Assembly: GCA_043228905.1 (NCBI GenBank)
Contig: JBHGNT010000013.1
Location: 14,446,001-14,510,000 of the forward strand
Length of the DNA: 64,000 bases
Source of the DNA: Azolla caroliniana
Lineage: Eukaryota; Plantae; Polypodiophyta
Direction: 5' to 3'
Shown: piece after piece, positions 37,601 to 49,748 of the stretch
Numbering within the stretch: position 1 is the stretch's first letter
How the letters are laid out: each line of letters begins with the position of its first letter
Translations under genes and position numbers: made by a program
Notes under the pieces: model-generated
The model's database searches: none
Seen by the model: the letters and a program-made list of their open reading frames with translations, nothing else
What the model was told of the DNA's origin: nothing

Positions 37601-40600
37601 CAAGGATTGTCAAAATCATTGCATAAAGCAACCACAAATGCCTTTCCTCTCACAATGGCCAATCCCCCCAAACTTGGTAGAGTAATAAAAATTGTTGGTA
37701 TGATGGGGAATGTCGTGATACAAGGAGATGCTTGTAGCATGATGTAACTCGGGTCATGAGAGCAACCTTTTGACGCCTCGTAAGGAAGAAGAAGAGATTG
37801 TATTTGGCTAAATTTGAAAATAATTTGTATCGCTTGTTTCTAGGACAAGAAAGTAAAAGAGCATGGAAAATGTTTAATGATAGGCAACCTACCACACAAC
37901 TGACCTCACCTCAAGTGTGGCATGAATATGCAAAGGTTCTATATGATATCCCAGGGCAACCTCCTCTTCCCCACCCACATGGCTCTTGCCCACATGAATC
38001 AACCTTTTTTACTCCACAAAATGTAAGAAATGCCATTGATCGGCTACAATTTGGTAAGGCCCAAGATCATGATGGATTGGTGGGTGAGCACTTTATCTAT
38101 GCCCGTGACACCTTGCTCCCATTGCTAGCACACATCTTTAATAGAGCCATGTGTGAAGGTTTCCCTACTAGATAGACTCAACATACCATTGTGCCAATCC
38201 TCAAGAGTGGAGACTCCATGATGCCAAACAACTATAGGACAATCATGATTGGCCATTACTTGGCTAAACTATATGGGTTGATTCTAGAATCAGAATTGAG
38301 TATATGGGCAGAGCGGAAGGGCTGCCGTTCAGTTGGACAGGCATGCTTTCGGAAGGGGTTCACAACTTTGGATCACATATTTACCCTCTGGGCCCTTATT
38401 GAGGAGGGCAGAGCCCATAATAAGAGGATTTATTGTTGCTTTGTGGATTTCCGAAAAGCCTTTGACACTGTGCCACGTGCTCGGCTTATGCAACGGCTAG
38501 AAGCCCTTGGTGTTTCCTACAGATATGCAATGGGAATCTATGCACTTTATGAATCCGTGTTAGGAAAAGTGTGATCTTCCAAGGGCTTGTCTGAGGCAGT
38601 GGCTAGCACAATTTTAGTGAAGCAAGGATGCCCACTATGTTAGGTGTAAAGGCCCGTAGTTCACAAATTAGGTAATTATTCGTATATGTGAACACATTGT
38701 TCACTTGGACAGGACACCTCCTTTTATAATGTGAACACACCACTTTCTATGTAAGGTTAACTAATATAATAACCTTCTTTTTTCTTGTGTACCAATCAAG
38801 GCGGTTGGGTACACCAAAGATCTGTGTGTCTCTACTCTCATCTCTACTACAGTCCTGTTTGCTGAACGTCATCTCTCAATAGCTGATCCGTCAAACATCC
38901 CTCTTTACCTTTAACTGGTATCAGAGCCAAATCTCTTTCCTCTACTTTGCTGTTTTTCTTTAGATTCAGAATCAGCAGAAAACACAGATTTAAAAAATAA
39001 AAAAAAATAAAAAAAAAAATCCGTCAGACCCTTTCCTATTGGTATTCTGCTCAATTTCTGAAGGCATCTGTCATAAATCTTGGGAGCAATGGCCTCCACT
39101 TCAGCTGAAGTGAAAAACCTCTTTGAAATCAAGAGATTTGATGGAAAAGGTTTCGAATTGTGGAAAGAGCGTATGCTGGGCATCCTCTTTCTAAGAGATT
39201 GTGAAGATGCTCTCGTAGAAAAGAAACCAGAGAGCATGGAAAATGATGCTTGGAACACTCTGAATAAGAAAGCCATTACATATATTAAAATGGCTGTTTC
39301 TGATGAAATTCTTGTAGATGTAAAGGGCTTGACTACTGCCCATCAAGTTTGGGAGAAACTTAAGAAAACTTATGAGAATACTACTCCTGTGAATCAGGTG
39401 CATTTGATGAGAAAACTTGTCAGTATGAGGCTTGATGAGTCGAAAGGTGCAACAGAGCATCTATCTTTATTCACAGGTACTCTCTCCCAACTACAAGATT
39501 CAGGATTACTAGCTTTTGATGACAAGCTCAAAGCTATCTTCCTACTTATGACTTTACCGGATTCGTGGGAAACATTAGTTGTTTCACTATCTAATAGCCC
39601 CACCTTGACCTTCGATGGTGTGCGGGGCTCTATTCTCAGTGAAGAGATTAGAAGACAATCTAGCGGAGAAGGTAGTGGTTCAGCATACAATATTAGGGGG
39701 AGATATGATAAGAGGAACCCAAATGTAGGACAAAGAAATAGAAGTAAGAGTAGAGGGAAAGGAAAACAACAAGATATCACTTGCTATCATTGTGGCCGTA
39801 AAGGTCATAAGAAACCTGATTGTAGATATTGGAAGATGGAACTAGAAAGGAAGAAGAATGTTGGAGAGAAGAAAAACAAAGAGGATAAGTTTAATACAAC
39901 AGAGAAAGCTAATATGGCTTCAAATGTTATCATTGAAGACCTATCTAGTGAAGATGGTGATGTACTTTGTATTACAGGTGATGCCTTTATAGCTCATGTT
40001 CAAGACATGCAAATCACCAAAACAGATGTTATTGATGCTTTATTGTCAATCGATGATGGATTGACACAGACATGGATAGTAGACTCTGGGGCTTCGTTTC
40101 ATGTTACTCCATGTTTGGAGTGCTTTACCACATTTGATGCAGGCAGTTATGGAAAAGTTTATCTTGGTAACAATAGTGCTTGCAATATTGATGGTATTGG
40201 AACCATACACTTGTCTTTGGATAATGGTCAAGAGCTTGTGCTCAAAGATGTTAGGTATGTACCTGGCATAAAGAAAAGTTTGCTATCTGTAGGACAGATG
40301 GATTTGCATGGTTACACCACATTATTCGGTGGTGGATTATGGAAACTAAAGAAAGGATCTATGGTTATTGTGAAAGGTTGCAAAAAGGGCACTCTGTATT
40401 GTTTGCAATGCAAAGCTTTACCTGGAAAGTTTCTTGCTATTGCTGAATTCGACTCTCGTTTAGAGCTTTGGCATAAGAGATTAGGACATATGAGCCAAAA
40501 AGGACTTGAAGTCCTTTCTGCTTTAAAAAGATTTGATGTTAAAGGATCAAAGCTGGTTTTTTGTAATGATTGTCTATTTGGCAAACAAGTGAGAAATTCT

Positions 40601-43600
40601 TATTATTCTGGTATCTCTCGTAAACCAAATGTGCTAGATTTGGTGCATTTTGATGTATGTTGGTATGCTGAAATGCAGCAATGGTTCGAGTCACATGGCA
40701 TGAGTATAAATGCACTATCGCCGTTCCAATATAGCTTGGACTGTCCCATCTAAATATGATCAAAGTGGAAAAGAATAGAGTGATCCAAACTAATATTATT
40801 AACTTGGAAAACAAAATAACATGAATCAGCCCCAAAATACCACTTGGTACAAAGATGGCCCACTATAAGACACACTTCTTACACACATCGGAGGATGGAT
40901 TCATCATCAAGCCACCTTATATGGACATACATCTATCCCATGCGTTGTGTAGTGTGATAGGGCAGCTACGAACTTCATCACATCAGTTATAGATTGAGGT
41001 AGGTTGATATACACGACTACCTCTAGAAGAGAGAATTTGCCAATCGTGTCATCAAGGAGTGGAATTTGAAGAACACTATGTTTGTCATTGTAGTGTCTTT
41101 TATGAAATCGGAGGGAGATACCATTGCCTCTTTAAACAAGGCTTTGGCCCACTACGCAAGGTAATGGAATATGAGGACCAACGATGCCTAGGACTTTTCT
41201 TGCTAGAGCTCTAGAGACATTGGGAAAAGTTGTTGAAGAATACAACCACACAAGCTCATCCACAAAGAACAATCACAACTTTCTTTAGCCCCATCACTCC
41301 TACTGATGCTACAAGTCAATCACGGGATACACAAATGGGCTCCAAACTAGGACATAACAAAGAGGTTACAATTAATCGGGCAATAGCAATTTGCCGTGCT
41401 TATAGGCCCCGGTCCCATGGACCACGACCTCAACCTCGACACCCTTGTCATCGACAGATGAAAGCCATTATTTCCCGCCATCGTAGGTGCTTCCCTCGCT
41501 TCAGAGACATTTCCATTCTGGATCGACCTATGCTAGAGATATTTCGAAGTCAAAAGCTACAATATATCTAACTTGAGAATCTCACATGTGCCAAAAACTA
41601 GATTCCTTTGTTTCTTTTCTGTTCTTTTCATCTTATTTACTGTGTAATATTTATTTTATTTTGATTTGTTCTAAAAAACGAGACAACACTTAAGATGTAA
41701 TCTCTTGTTTGGTCTTATAGGCCATTTTGGCCTCTTAAAAGATGTTAATATGTCTTTCTTTCTTTCTAGTGGTTAAGGTGACCACACTACGTGTCTTGTT
41801 TGCTCTCACAGCTGCCTTAGATTTGGAATTATTCCAAATGGATGTTAAAATAGCCTTTTTGCATGATGCTTTAGACGAAGTGCTGTACATGTAACAGCCA
41901 GAAGGATATGCCATTCCTGGAAAAGAGCATCTGGAGCTTATATGGGTTGAAACAGGCCCCTAGGCAATGGTATAAAAAGTTTGATACATTTATACTCTAA
42001 CATGTTTTCAAAAGAAGTCACGCAGACCACTGTTTTTACACTAAAAAGGATGACGATGGCAACTCAATTATTTTCATATTGTATGTAGATGCTATGGTGC
42101 TTGCAGGGAAGAAAAAGAGTACTCTGAATGCTCTAAAACAGCAGCTGAACTCATTTCATTCTCATTGAAAGACCTTGGGAAAGCTGAGCATATTCTTGGT
42201 ATGCAAATAAAAATGGATAGGCAGCAGTATACTTTGCATTTATCCCAAGAAAAATACATATTGAAAAAAGTGTGTCTGATGCTAAGCCTCTTGGAGTGCC
42301 ATTGCAGCCAAATGTTAGTCTTTCCAAGGACGATTGCCCCAAAGATGACGATGCAGCCAATTGCATGAGAATGGTCCAATATGCATCAGCTTGTGGCTCA
42401 CTTATGTATGCTATGGTTGCCACACAGTTAGACATTGCGCATGCTGTTGGAATTAGCAAGTTCATGGTTAATTTTGGTAGAGCTCATTGGGAGGCAACCA
42501 AATCTATCTCGAGATATTTGGAAGGGACCAAAGGTAAAATGCCTACGTTATGGAACCGGTCCATTAGAGTTAAAAAGATTTTTTAATTCGGACATGGTAG
42601 GTGATATGGATACACACAAGTCCACAAGTGGCTATGTATACACCCTTGTAGGTCGAGCTATTTCATGGTGCTTTAGACTTCAGTGAATAGTTGCTCTATC
42701 TACTACAGAGGCTGAATATATTCCAGTGATAGAGGCTTCCAAAGAAACCATTTAGTTAGCTTGCTCGTGCAGGGAGTTTGGGATGCCTGAAAAGGCACAT
42801 GTTCTTGGATGCAATAGCCAGAGTGCCATATGTTTGGCAAAGAATGCAATGTTTTATGCTTACACAGAACATATTGATGTGAGATACTAATTCATCAAAG
42901 AGGTGGTAGAGGATGGTCTAATCACTTTGATCAAGGTCAATACTTCACAGAATCTTGTAGATACTCTCATAAAGTCTCTACCCAAGGCACAACATCAGCT
43001 ATGTATACAGATGGTGGGAGTTACTTAGCTTATAGGAGCCTCCTTGGTCCTTTAAGTGGAAGATTGTTGGGGATAAAGGCCCCAAGGACTCTCCTGTTTT
43101 AGTATATTTTGACCCTTCCATGTGAAAGCTCTCTTTGGTTCCAATTTGAGGGGTTATAGGCATTTTCATTCTTTTTATTACTTTTGGTCATTGGCTGTGT
43201 GAACATGACAAAGTGGCCTATTACTTATCAATAATAATTGGTCACAAACCTCTCATAATGAGATAGGGACTTTAAACAGCTAGGGTTTCTTTCCATTTTT
43301 TCTGCACAGTTTTTCTACTGTCTCCTCACGCAGCAGTCCACTCCCTTAGTGTTTTGGATCTAACCATGCCATCACATCATCTCCATTTCATCTTTTGCTT
43401 TGATTTCCATTTTTACTTCTTCTTTGACTACTTGAGCCCAACCTTTCTTTAGTTTAGTTTTTGATGACCTCAACTTTTTTGACTAGGGTTGTTGACTTCA
43501 TGGAGATGAAATTAAATGTTTTATAATATTTTCTAAAGGCCAAAGTAGCATATGAGACCAAAAGTTGCATTCAGTTAGATGTTCTGGTGGATAAAAATGT

Positions 43601-44326
43601 GGCTTACCACTAGGGTACAGCTCGAATAGAAAAGAGAAATCTTGTCACTAAACATTATGTTGTTTTTTCAGGCAACATTGGCGTGTTCCTCCTTTAGATG
43701 GTGGTTCTGTGACTGCTGCCACTTTCCACCCTGGAAGCAGCGGAATCTTGATTGTAACAACAAATAACAATGTACTGCATGTCCTGGATGTGGAGGCAAA
43801 GAGGATGGGGGAGTGGTCAAGAAAGCATGGAAGCAGGCTTCCTCAGTCTTTCCTTGAGTTTCCAGGAGGAATTCAGGGCCTTTCTTGCTCTCCTTCAAGA
43901 AAGGAAACCACTGTTATTGCATACAGCGCAAAGTAAATATCATTGTTTGTTTTGTCTTCACAATATATATGCCTTTATTTGAAAAGGTGTAGTGTTGGAT
44001 ATTTGCTTACAAGAGTTTTAACTGGCATATATCTTTACAGGGCAATGTGTTTCATTGACTTCCAGATGCCTGTTCCTGAGGAAGAGGTATCGTTATTGAA
44101 TGCTGGTGAGGAAACCATTGTCTCTAATAGAGCTGTGCATTCCAGAACACACCAGAATGGGAGTTTTAAAGAGTCTCACAGGAACTTTATTATGGTGCCT
44201 TTCAAGGATCCAGTGCTATTTGTGGGTCATTTATCTGACAAGTCTATTGTGATTGTAGAAAAACCCTGGTTAGAAGCCATCAATCAATTGCCACCTCCTG
44301 TATACCGACATTTATATGGCACGTGA
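25669..44326 (+). CDS. PCN: WD40-repeat protein PCN/POPCORN (UTP4/Cirhin homolog, SSU processome), 11 exons
   Basis: Exons 25669-25830, 27233-27370, 27508-27796, 27876-27939, 28017-28130, 28605-28767, 28857-29025, 29107-29906, 30103-30272, 43672-43932, 44041-44326; all GT-AG with consistent phases. N-terminus [38 protein letters not shown] and C-terminus [29 protein letters not shown] are typical of plant PCN/UTP4. Confidence 0.92.
26796..26957. repeat. ~79-bp tandem duplication in PCN intron 1
   Basis: CATTTCAATGGAATATGTCATGGAATCTTT...CATTCCTTATCAC occurs twice in tandem. Confidence 0.9.
30600..31392 (-). mobile_element. LINE ORF2 3' remnant in PCN intron 9
   Basis: ORF 31210..31392 LLYGVDVW...[10 protein letters not shown] resembles the post-RT region of non-LTR elements; left boundary approximate. 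Confidence 0.55.
34740..35398 (+). mobile_element. 5'-truncated LINE 3' end
   Basis: [14 protein letters not shown]...RLCTLC C-terminal motif of non-LTR ORF2 (ORF 34749..35180), followed by a 3' UTR. Confidence 0.7.
35991..36280 (+). mobile_element. Copia 5' stub (short LTR plus PBS) inside LINE ORF1
   Basis: TGTTGGGAATAAAGGGCC at 35991 to ~36194 (CCTTCA), then PBS TGGTATCAGAGC 36198-36209 and a short leader. Confidence 0.7.
38638..40660 (+). mobile_element. Copia-4 5' half (LTR, PBS, gag, protease, start of integrase)
   Basis: TGTTAGG at 38638; PBS 38916-38927; uninterrupted frame from ATG 39089 with [24 protein letters not shown] and LWHKRLGH; protein similar to Copia-3. Confidence 0.9.
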
Positions 44327-45302
44327 TTTTATTTTTTTGCAATTCAAGCAGCTGAAGAGAATTATTCTATATCAAACTTGGCTGTCCCAAATACAGCATA
44401 CTATATTTATGATGCTTCTTCACACTATCAATTGGAAAAGTGGGCTTCTCCGTGTATGAAGCAGGGTTGTAATGCTGTCATCCAAAGGAATTGAAGACAG
44501 GATCTCTTGCTTGATGGCTGCAGATATCCAATCATTTTTTTCTTCCTCATGGTGAATGGGTTTTTACAATCCACCACGAAGATTTCATCTCTTTGGAAGA
44601 CATGAAATAGCCAACAACATTTTTGCAGTGGTTTGTCACTCTTGATTGTGAGAAAAGTGTAATAGCAATGAGGCGTAGGTGCACTAATTTAGATTGTCAA
44701 TGAGAGAGTTGTGCTTTCTAATTTTAGTTCTAGCAAGATTTTGGGCATTGACATTTTTGTTGGCTATGTATAAATTTAAGGTTTAGCTTTGAAGGCTTTT
44801 CTTTTGCAGATAAAGATGGATGGATTGTTGCTCCATAGGGTTATGTCATTGGACCTTCATAATCTTGCATAATGCTTCTAATAAAGTACCATAATCTTTA
44901 GTTTAGTTTTGTCCATTGTATGCCTTTATATTAATATTTCACGATATGGTAAAAGGGGTTATTGGCATCCCTATTTGCATGTGGAATTGGTATTATTGAC
45001 TTTCTTGAGAAAGTAAATACGTGGTTTAATTGATGAAGAAAAGAAATATTAAAGCAAAAAATGATTATTTACTCCCATTCAATTCCCAGCAATCCAGGAA
45101 AAGAGAGATATCTGGGGACAATGGCAAAATTATGTGTGAAGCTGCTTCTCCATTTGCATGTAGAATGGGTATTACTAAATAAATATTAAAGCAAAATATG
45201 ATTATTCACTCCCATTCAATTCCCAGCAATTCAGGCAAAGATGAGGGGGAGCTATAATACTTTAGGGAAGCAAACAGAGATACTCACAATTGAGAGTGGT
45301 TA

Positions 45303-45477
45303 TGCCATGTAAGATGAGATGGACACTTTGCATGAGATTCACACGTACGAGAATATTCATACCTTACACGTATACCTCCACATTCTTGTATAAATACTGT
45401 AGTGCTCCTTGATTACAATCAAGGTGAACAACACCAGTTACGGAGGCATAAATACAATTCTTGTTCTCTTGCCTATG

Positions 45478-45545
<68 letters not shown>

Positions 45546-45573
45546 GTTTAGCCTCGTCTACTTGTCCGTGACA
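45303..45573 (+). mobile_element. Solo or partial LTR related to LTR B, with an internal (CA)n(CT)n microsatellite
   Basis: 45379-45450 matches the reverse complement of 8155-8227 (CACATTCTTGTATAAATAC...CCTTGATTACAATCAAGGTGAACAACACCAGTTACGGA); ends GTGACA at 45573; 5' boundary uncertain (45253-45303). Confidence 0.7.
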
Positions 45574-46737
45574 CAACCCTGACGAGGAACATTGGGCTGC
45601 TGTCAAGTGGATACTCTGATACCTGAGTGACACCTTTGATATGTATCAACATCAGCCGATATGTTGGAATCCCTAAACCCGTGTTGGAAGGGTTTATGGA
45701 CTCTAACATGTCGGTTGATCTGTGATACCAGTCCGTGTACCTTCGGATATGTGATGGCTTATGTAAGGGGAGACGTCTCGTGGCAATCGAGGTTGCGGAA
45801 GGTTGTGGCTCTATCAACCACAGAAGTGGAGTATATGGTTGCCGTCGAAGCCGGCAAGGAAATCATATGGATAAAAGATTTCAACAGTGAGTTAGGAATG
45901 AAGCAAGATCAATTCCGACTTCTCTACGACAATCAAGGTGCCATCCACCTTGCAAAGAATGCCGACTACCACTCGAGAACTAAGCATATCCAACAGAGAT
46001 ATCACTAGCTTTGAGAGAGGTTAGAAGAAATAGATTTCGACCTGGTGAAGATCCACACAAAGGGGAACGGATCGGACATGTTGATGAAGGTGTTGTCTGC
46101 AGAGAAGCTAAACACATGCCGGCAAAGGGTCAGACTGACGAAGCACCCCATACCAGAGAACTAAGCATATCCAACAGAGATATCACTAGCTTTGAGAGAG
46201 GTTAGAAGAAATAGATTTCGACCTGGTGAAGATCCACACAGAGGGGAACGGATCGGACATGTTGACGAAGGTGTTGTCTGCAAAGAAGCTAAACACATGC
46301 CGACAAAGGGTCAGACTGGTGAAGCACCCCATACTAGAGTGAAGGGGGAGTTTATTGGAAACAAAATCCCTCTAGATGGGACGCGTCAGACAACTGTTTT
46401 TTAACAAGAAACCGTTTTGACCAGAATACATCTGTCAGGTATCCGGAATTCTGATCTGGAAAGCATCCAGAAACCCGAATAAGCCATAGCCGGTTGAAGG
46501 CCATACTTGTAAATAGGCTATACTTGTAACTCTCGGTTATACGAAGACGAGCTCGAGGTTATTGCCTGCGAGTGTCCTTGTATCCTCTCTTCATATAGTG
46601 GAACAGTTTGGAGTCTATGGACTCCTGTGGTTTTTTCCCATTACAGGGTTTTCCACGTTAACATCTTGTGTCTCTGTGTTAGTGCATCTATTTCTGTGTT
46701 CAATTCTCTATTCCTTCTTTCCCTTTTGTGCTTGACA
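45574..46737 (+). mobile_element. Copia 3' fragment: RNase H, PPT and 3' LTR
   Basis: VSWQSRLRKVVALSTTEVEY...HSRTKHI (ORF 45661..46008); PPT GAAGGGGGAG 46341-46350; LTR ~46353-46737; 181-bp tandem duplication 45975-46155 / 46156-46336. Confidence 0.85.
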
Positions 46738-46789
46738 ATCAGTTGTGGCCAATCCAATAAACGACACAATAATATACATTGGTATGTCA

Positions 46790-48985
46790 CAATTGGAGGG
46801 AGAAAATATTGAGATCGCTCATATTTACATGAGGGGAAAGTTCCTCTTTATCCAGGCCAAGATCTAGTTGTAGGGCTAGCTATTGGGGCTGACTAGCTGT
46901 TGGGCTAGTCGTTATAACTTTTAATCATTCTCAACACTCCCCCTCAAGATGGGTGAAAAATATCCACTAAACCCATCATGTCACATAATCTAGTAAGACT
47001 TATTGGCCCGTAAGACTTATTGGCCCAAGTCCCTTTGTAAAACAATCTGCTACTTGATGTTCAATAGAAACATGACTCAATTTTAATATTGCATTATCAA
47101 CCTTCTCTTTGATAAAAAATTTGTCGATTTCAATGTGCTTGGACCTATCATGCTATACCGGATTGTTGGCAATGCTAATTGCTGACTTATTGTCACACCA
47201 CATCATCATATGTTTTTCTTCATTCACCTTTAGTTCTACTCGAAGAGTTCCCAACCATAACATCTCCGCAACTATCGACTGTTTCTTACTCTTCCAAGAG
47301 ACCAAATTGCCCCCAACAAACATGTAGTATCCTGATGTGGATTTCCTATCATCAACACAACGGGCCCAATCATAATCATAATAGCCTTCAATGTTAAAAT
47401 GACCATGTTTTCTAAAGATCAATCCCTTCCACGGGGCACCTTTGAGATATCTCAGAATATGGTACATTGCATCCATATGATCTTTCCTTGGATCATGCGT
47501 TTCGTGACTTACCACACTTACTACAAATGAAATATCTGGACGAGTGTGAGTCAAATAAATCATCCGACCTACTAATCTTTGATACCTTTCACGATCAACT
47601 TTCTCTCCTGCAAGTTCAGTTAGCTTGATCTTTTGGTCAATTAGAGAAGCTACGAGCCTACAACCCAACATTCAAGTTTCTGTGAGAAGATCTAATACAT
47701 ATTTTCACTGAGATAGAACAACTCTTTCTGCTCCACGAGCTACCTCAATTCCAAGAAAGTATCATAGCAATCTTAGATCCTTCACCTCAAACTCTTTACC
47801 CAATTGCACCTTTAGTTGGGCAATTTCTCCTTCATCGTTACCCATGATAATTATATTATCAACATACACAACAAGTAACGTAGTATGTTGCTTGTGTTGT
47901 CGAAAAAATACCGTACGGTCTGCATTGGTCTGTTGGTATTCCATAAAGCAACTTCCTTAGCCTACAAACCTTACTGTTTGAATTGTACCAAAACTTGGGG
48001 GGATATCCATGTACACTTCTTCCATTAACTCTCTATGAAGGAATATATATTTTACATCTAATTGATGTAATTTCCAATCCTTATTCACTTCTAAGGAAAT
48101 AAGCTTCTAACAGTGCTCATCTTCGCTACAGGTGCAAAAGTCTCATTGTAATCAATGCCATATGTTTGACTATATCCTAGAGATCGGCAACAACTTGGCT
48201 CAAACCTAAACCGTTTAGCTAAAATGGCTTAGCGGCATAATGGCTTGGCTCGGTTTAGGCTTGAGCCTACCGAAATGGTTTGAGCTCGTCTCGTCTTGGC
48301 TTGAGCTTTGCCAAACCGGTTCAAACTAGTTAAGCCGTTTAAGCCATTTATGTCATTTAAGAATTAGGGTTTAGAAAGTTAAAAATTACACAGTTAGAAG
48401 TTAGAAGATAGAACTTGAAAGTTGACAGAGAAACTGACAGGAAGCCATAGGCAACATACTGTTGAGTGATGAGAGAGGGAGGGACAGAGAGCTTGCATAG
48501 TGGACGATCGCGGGACCTCCTTGTTGTTCAGTGTTATATGCATTCTTTGGAGAAGGATTGGATCACCAAGAGTGATAGGTCGCCATAGGCTCGAGCCTCG
48601 TGGTTCGGGTGGTGGGAGGCAGGGGATTCATGGATGTCAATCGACCAATCATAGTACTCTATAGAGAGGGAGTCATGGAGGTGGGACTTGGAGTTGAGTT
48701 TGACTCTTCAATGGTAAGGCTGAGGGGGTGGGAGTTATGTGGAGGAAAAGAAGAGTAGGAGGAAGTGGTAGTGGTAGTGGTAGTGGTGTTTTTTGGGTAT
48801 CTTCAACTTTTTTGTCCCAAACCGTTATAGGGATCGGTTTGGTTCAGGTTTGAGAACCCCAAAACGGTTTAGGTTTAACTGGTTTGGTTCGGATAAGGCC
48901 AAACTGGTTAAGCCTAAACCGAACCGTTGCTGATTCCTACTATATCCCTTAGCCACTAATTGTGCCTTGCATCATTACACAATGT
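46790..48985 (-). mobile_element. Copia RT/RNase H remnant with PPT and partial 3' LTR
   Basis: ORFs 47762..47944 (VYVDNIII) and 47153..47671 (TRPDISF, RKSTSGY, CDNKSAI); PPT CTCCCCCTC ~46937-46945; interrupted by a hAT element. Confidence 0.85.
48178..48939. mobile_element. Non-autonomous hAT-type element
   Basis: TIR TAGAGATCGGCAAC / GTTGCTGATTCCTA; perfect 8-bp TSD CTATATCC (48170-48177, 48940-48947); AAACCG/CGGTTT subterminal motifs. Confidence 0.88.
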
Positions 48986-49173
48986 GTATTGGATCTCTCA
49001 TCTTTGAGACCATTTTCTAGCCAAAAAACAAAGGATTGCCTTTATGGATCCTTTGAATCTTTTTGTTTAGGACAAATACGATTTCATAGTTAGGTTTAGT
49101 ATATGCACTATAATGCATGTTATGAAAGAATATGGTTTTGTAGTTAAGTGTAATAAATATAGTTAAGTACGAT

Positions 49174-49748
49174 CATAGATTGACATATTCGCATTTCTGG
49201 GGCCTCCACCATGAATGCATACGAATACGCATACGAATACGAATGCAGAAAAAGTATTCGTAAAAACAAAAAAAAGAGTTTATAAACTGCCTCCTTTTTA
49301 GTTTCCTAGATAAAAAAAGGGGACTTGACAGTAAAAGTGGAACTTGACACTAATAATATTTTTATAATAGATGTGAAAAGTATTCGTTTTATTTTTAATA
49401 AAATAATAATAAGTAATAAATAAAGTAAAGGTTCATTAATTCCTCACATTTTACTCTCCCAAATTTTGTGAATATTTTTATCTAATATTAAAAACGGGAC
49501 TTTGACACTAATTATATTTCTATAATAGATGTAAAAATATTCATTTAAAAATAAATAAATAGTAAATCAATAAAATAAAATAAAGGTTCACATACTCTCC
49601 CTTTTTCTATTTGACACTAAAGAGGAGACTTGACAATAATCATATTTTTAGTCTAATAACGAGTAATTATTCTTTTTTTAGTGAATTAATAATTTTTATT
49701 ATGTTAATTTGTTTTGCAAAACAAATATCACGCATGTGTCAATCTATG
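49174..49748. mobile_element. Non-autonomous hAT-type MITE
   Basis: TIR CATAGATTGACA / TGTCAATCTATG; perfect 8-bp TSD AGTACGAT (49166-49173, 49749-49756); AT-rich interior with repeated GACTTGACA motifs. Confidence 0.88.

Larger units (their letters stand above)
35400..41768 (+). mobile_element. Two-ORF LINE (APE-RT), decayed and interrupted by two copia 5' fragments
   Basis: Coiled-coil ORF1 pieces (35581..35886, 36270..36627 IYLDDELT); APE endonuclease (TIWNCNG, ILLGDFN, STIDY); RT ([25 protein letters not shown]) to 38637; 3' part 40661-41768 ends in a (TTTC)n tail; both parts match the LINE at 59680-62230. Confidence 0.8.
31422..43390 (+). mobile_element. Old Ty1/copia element (Copia-3) filling most of PCN intron 9, interrupted at ~34693-41768
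   Basis: Similar LTRs 31422-31802 and 43065-43390; PBS TGGTATCAGAGC 31805-31816; gag/PR/IN remnants 31923-34690; RT resumes at 41769 (FQEVFLL + VVKVTTLR) and RNase H runs to ~43030; no TSD found. Confidence 0.85.

Noticed and set aside
48190-48930. Telomere-like repeats
   Set aside because: The motifs are scattered AAACCG/CGGTTT hAT subterminal repeats, not tandem TTTAGGG.
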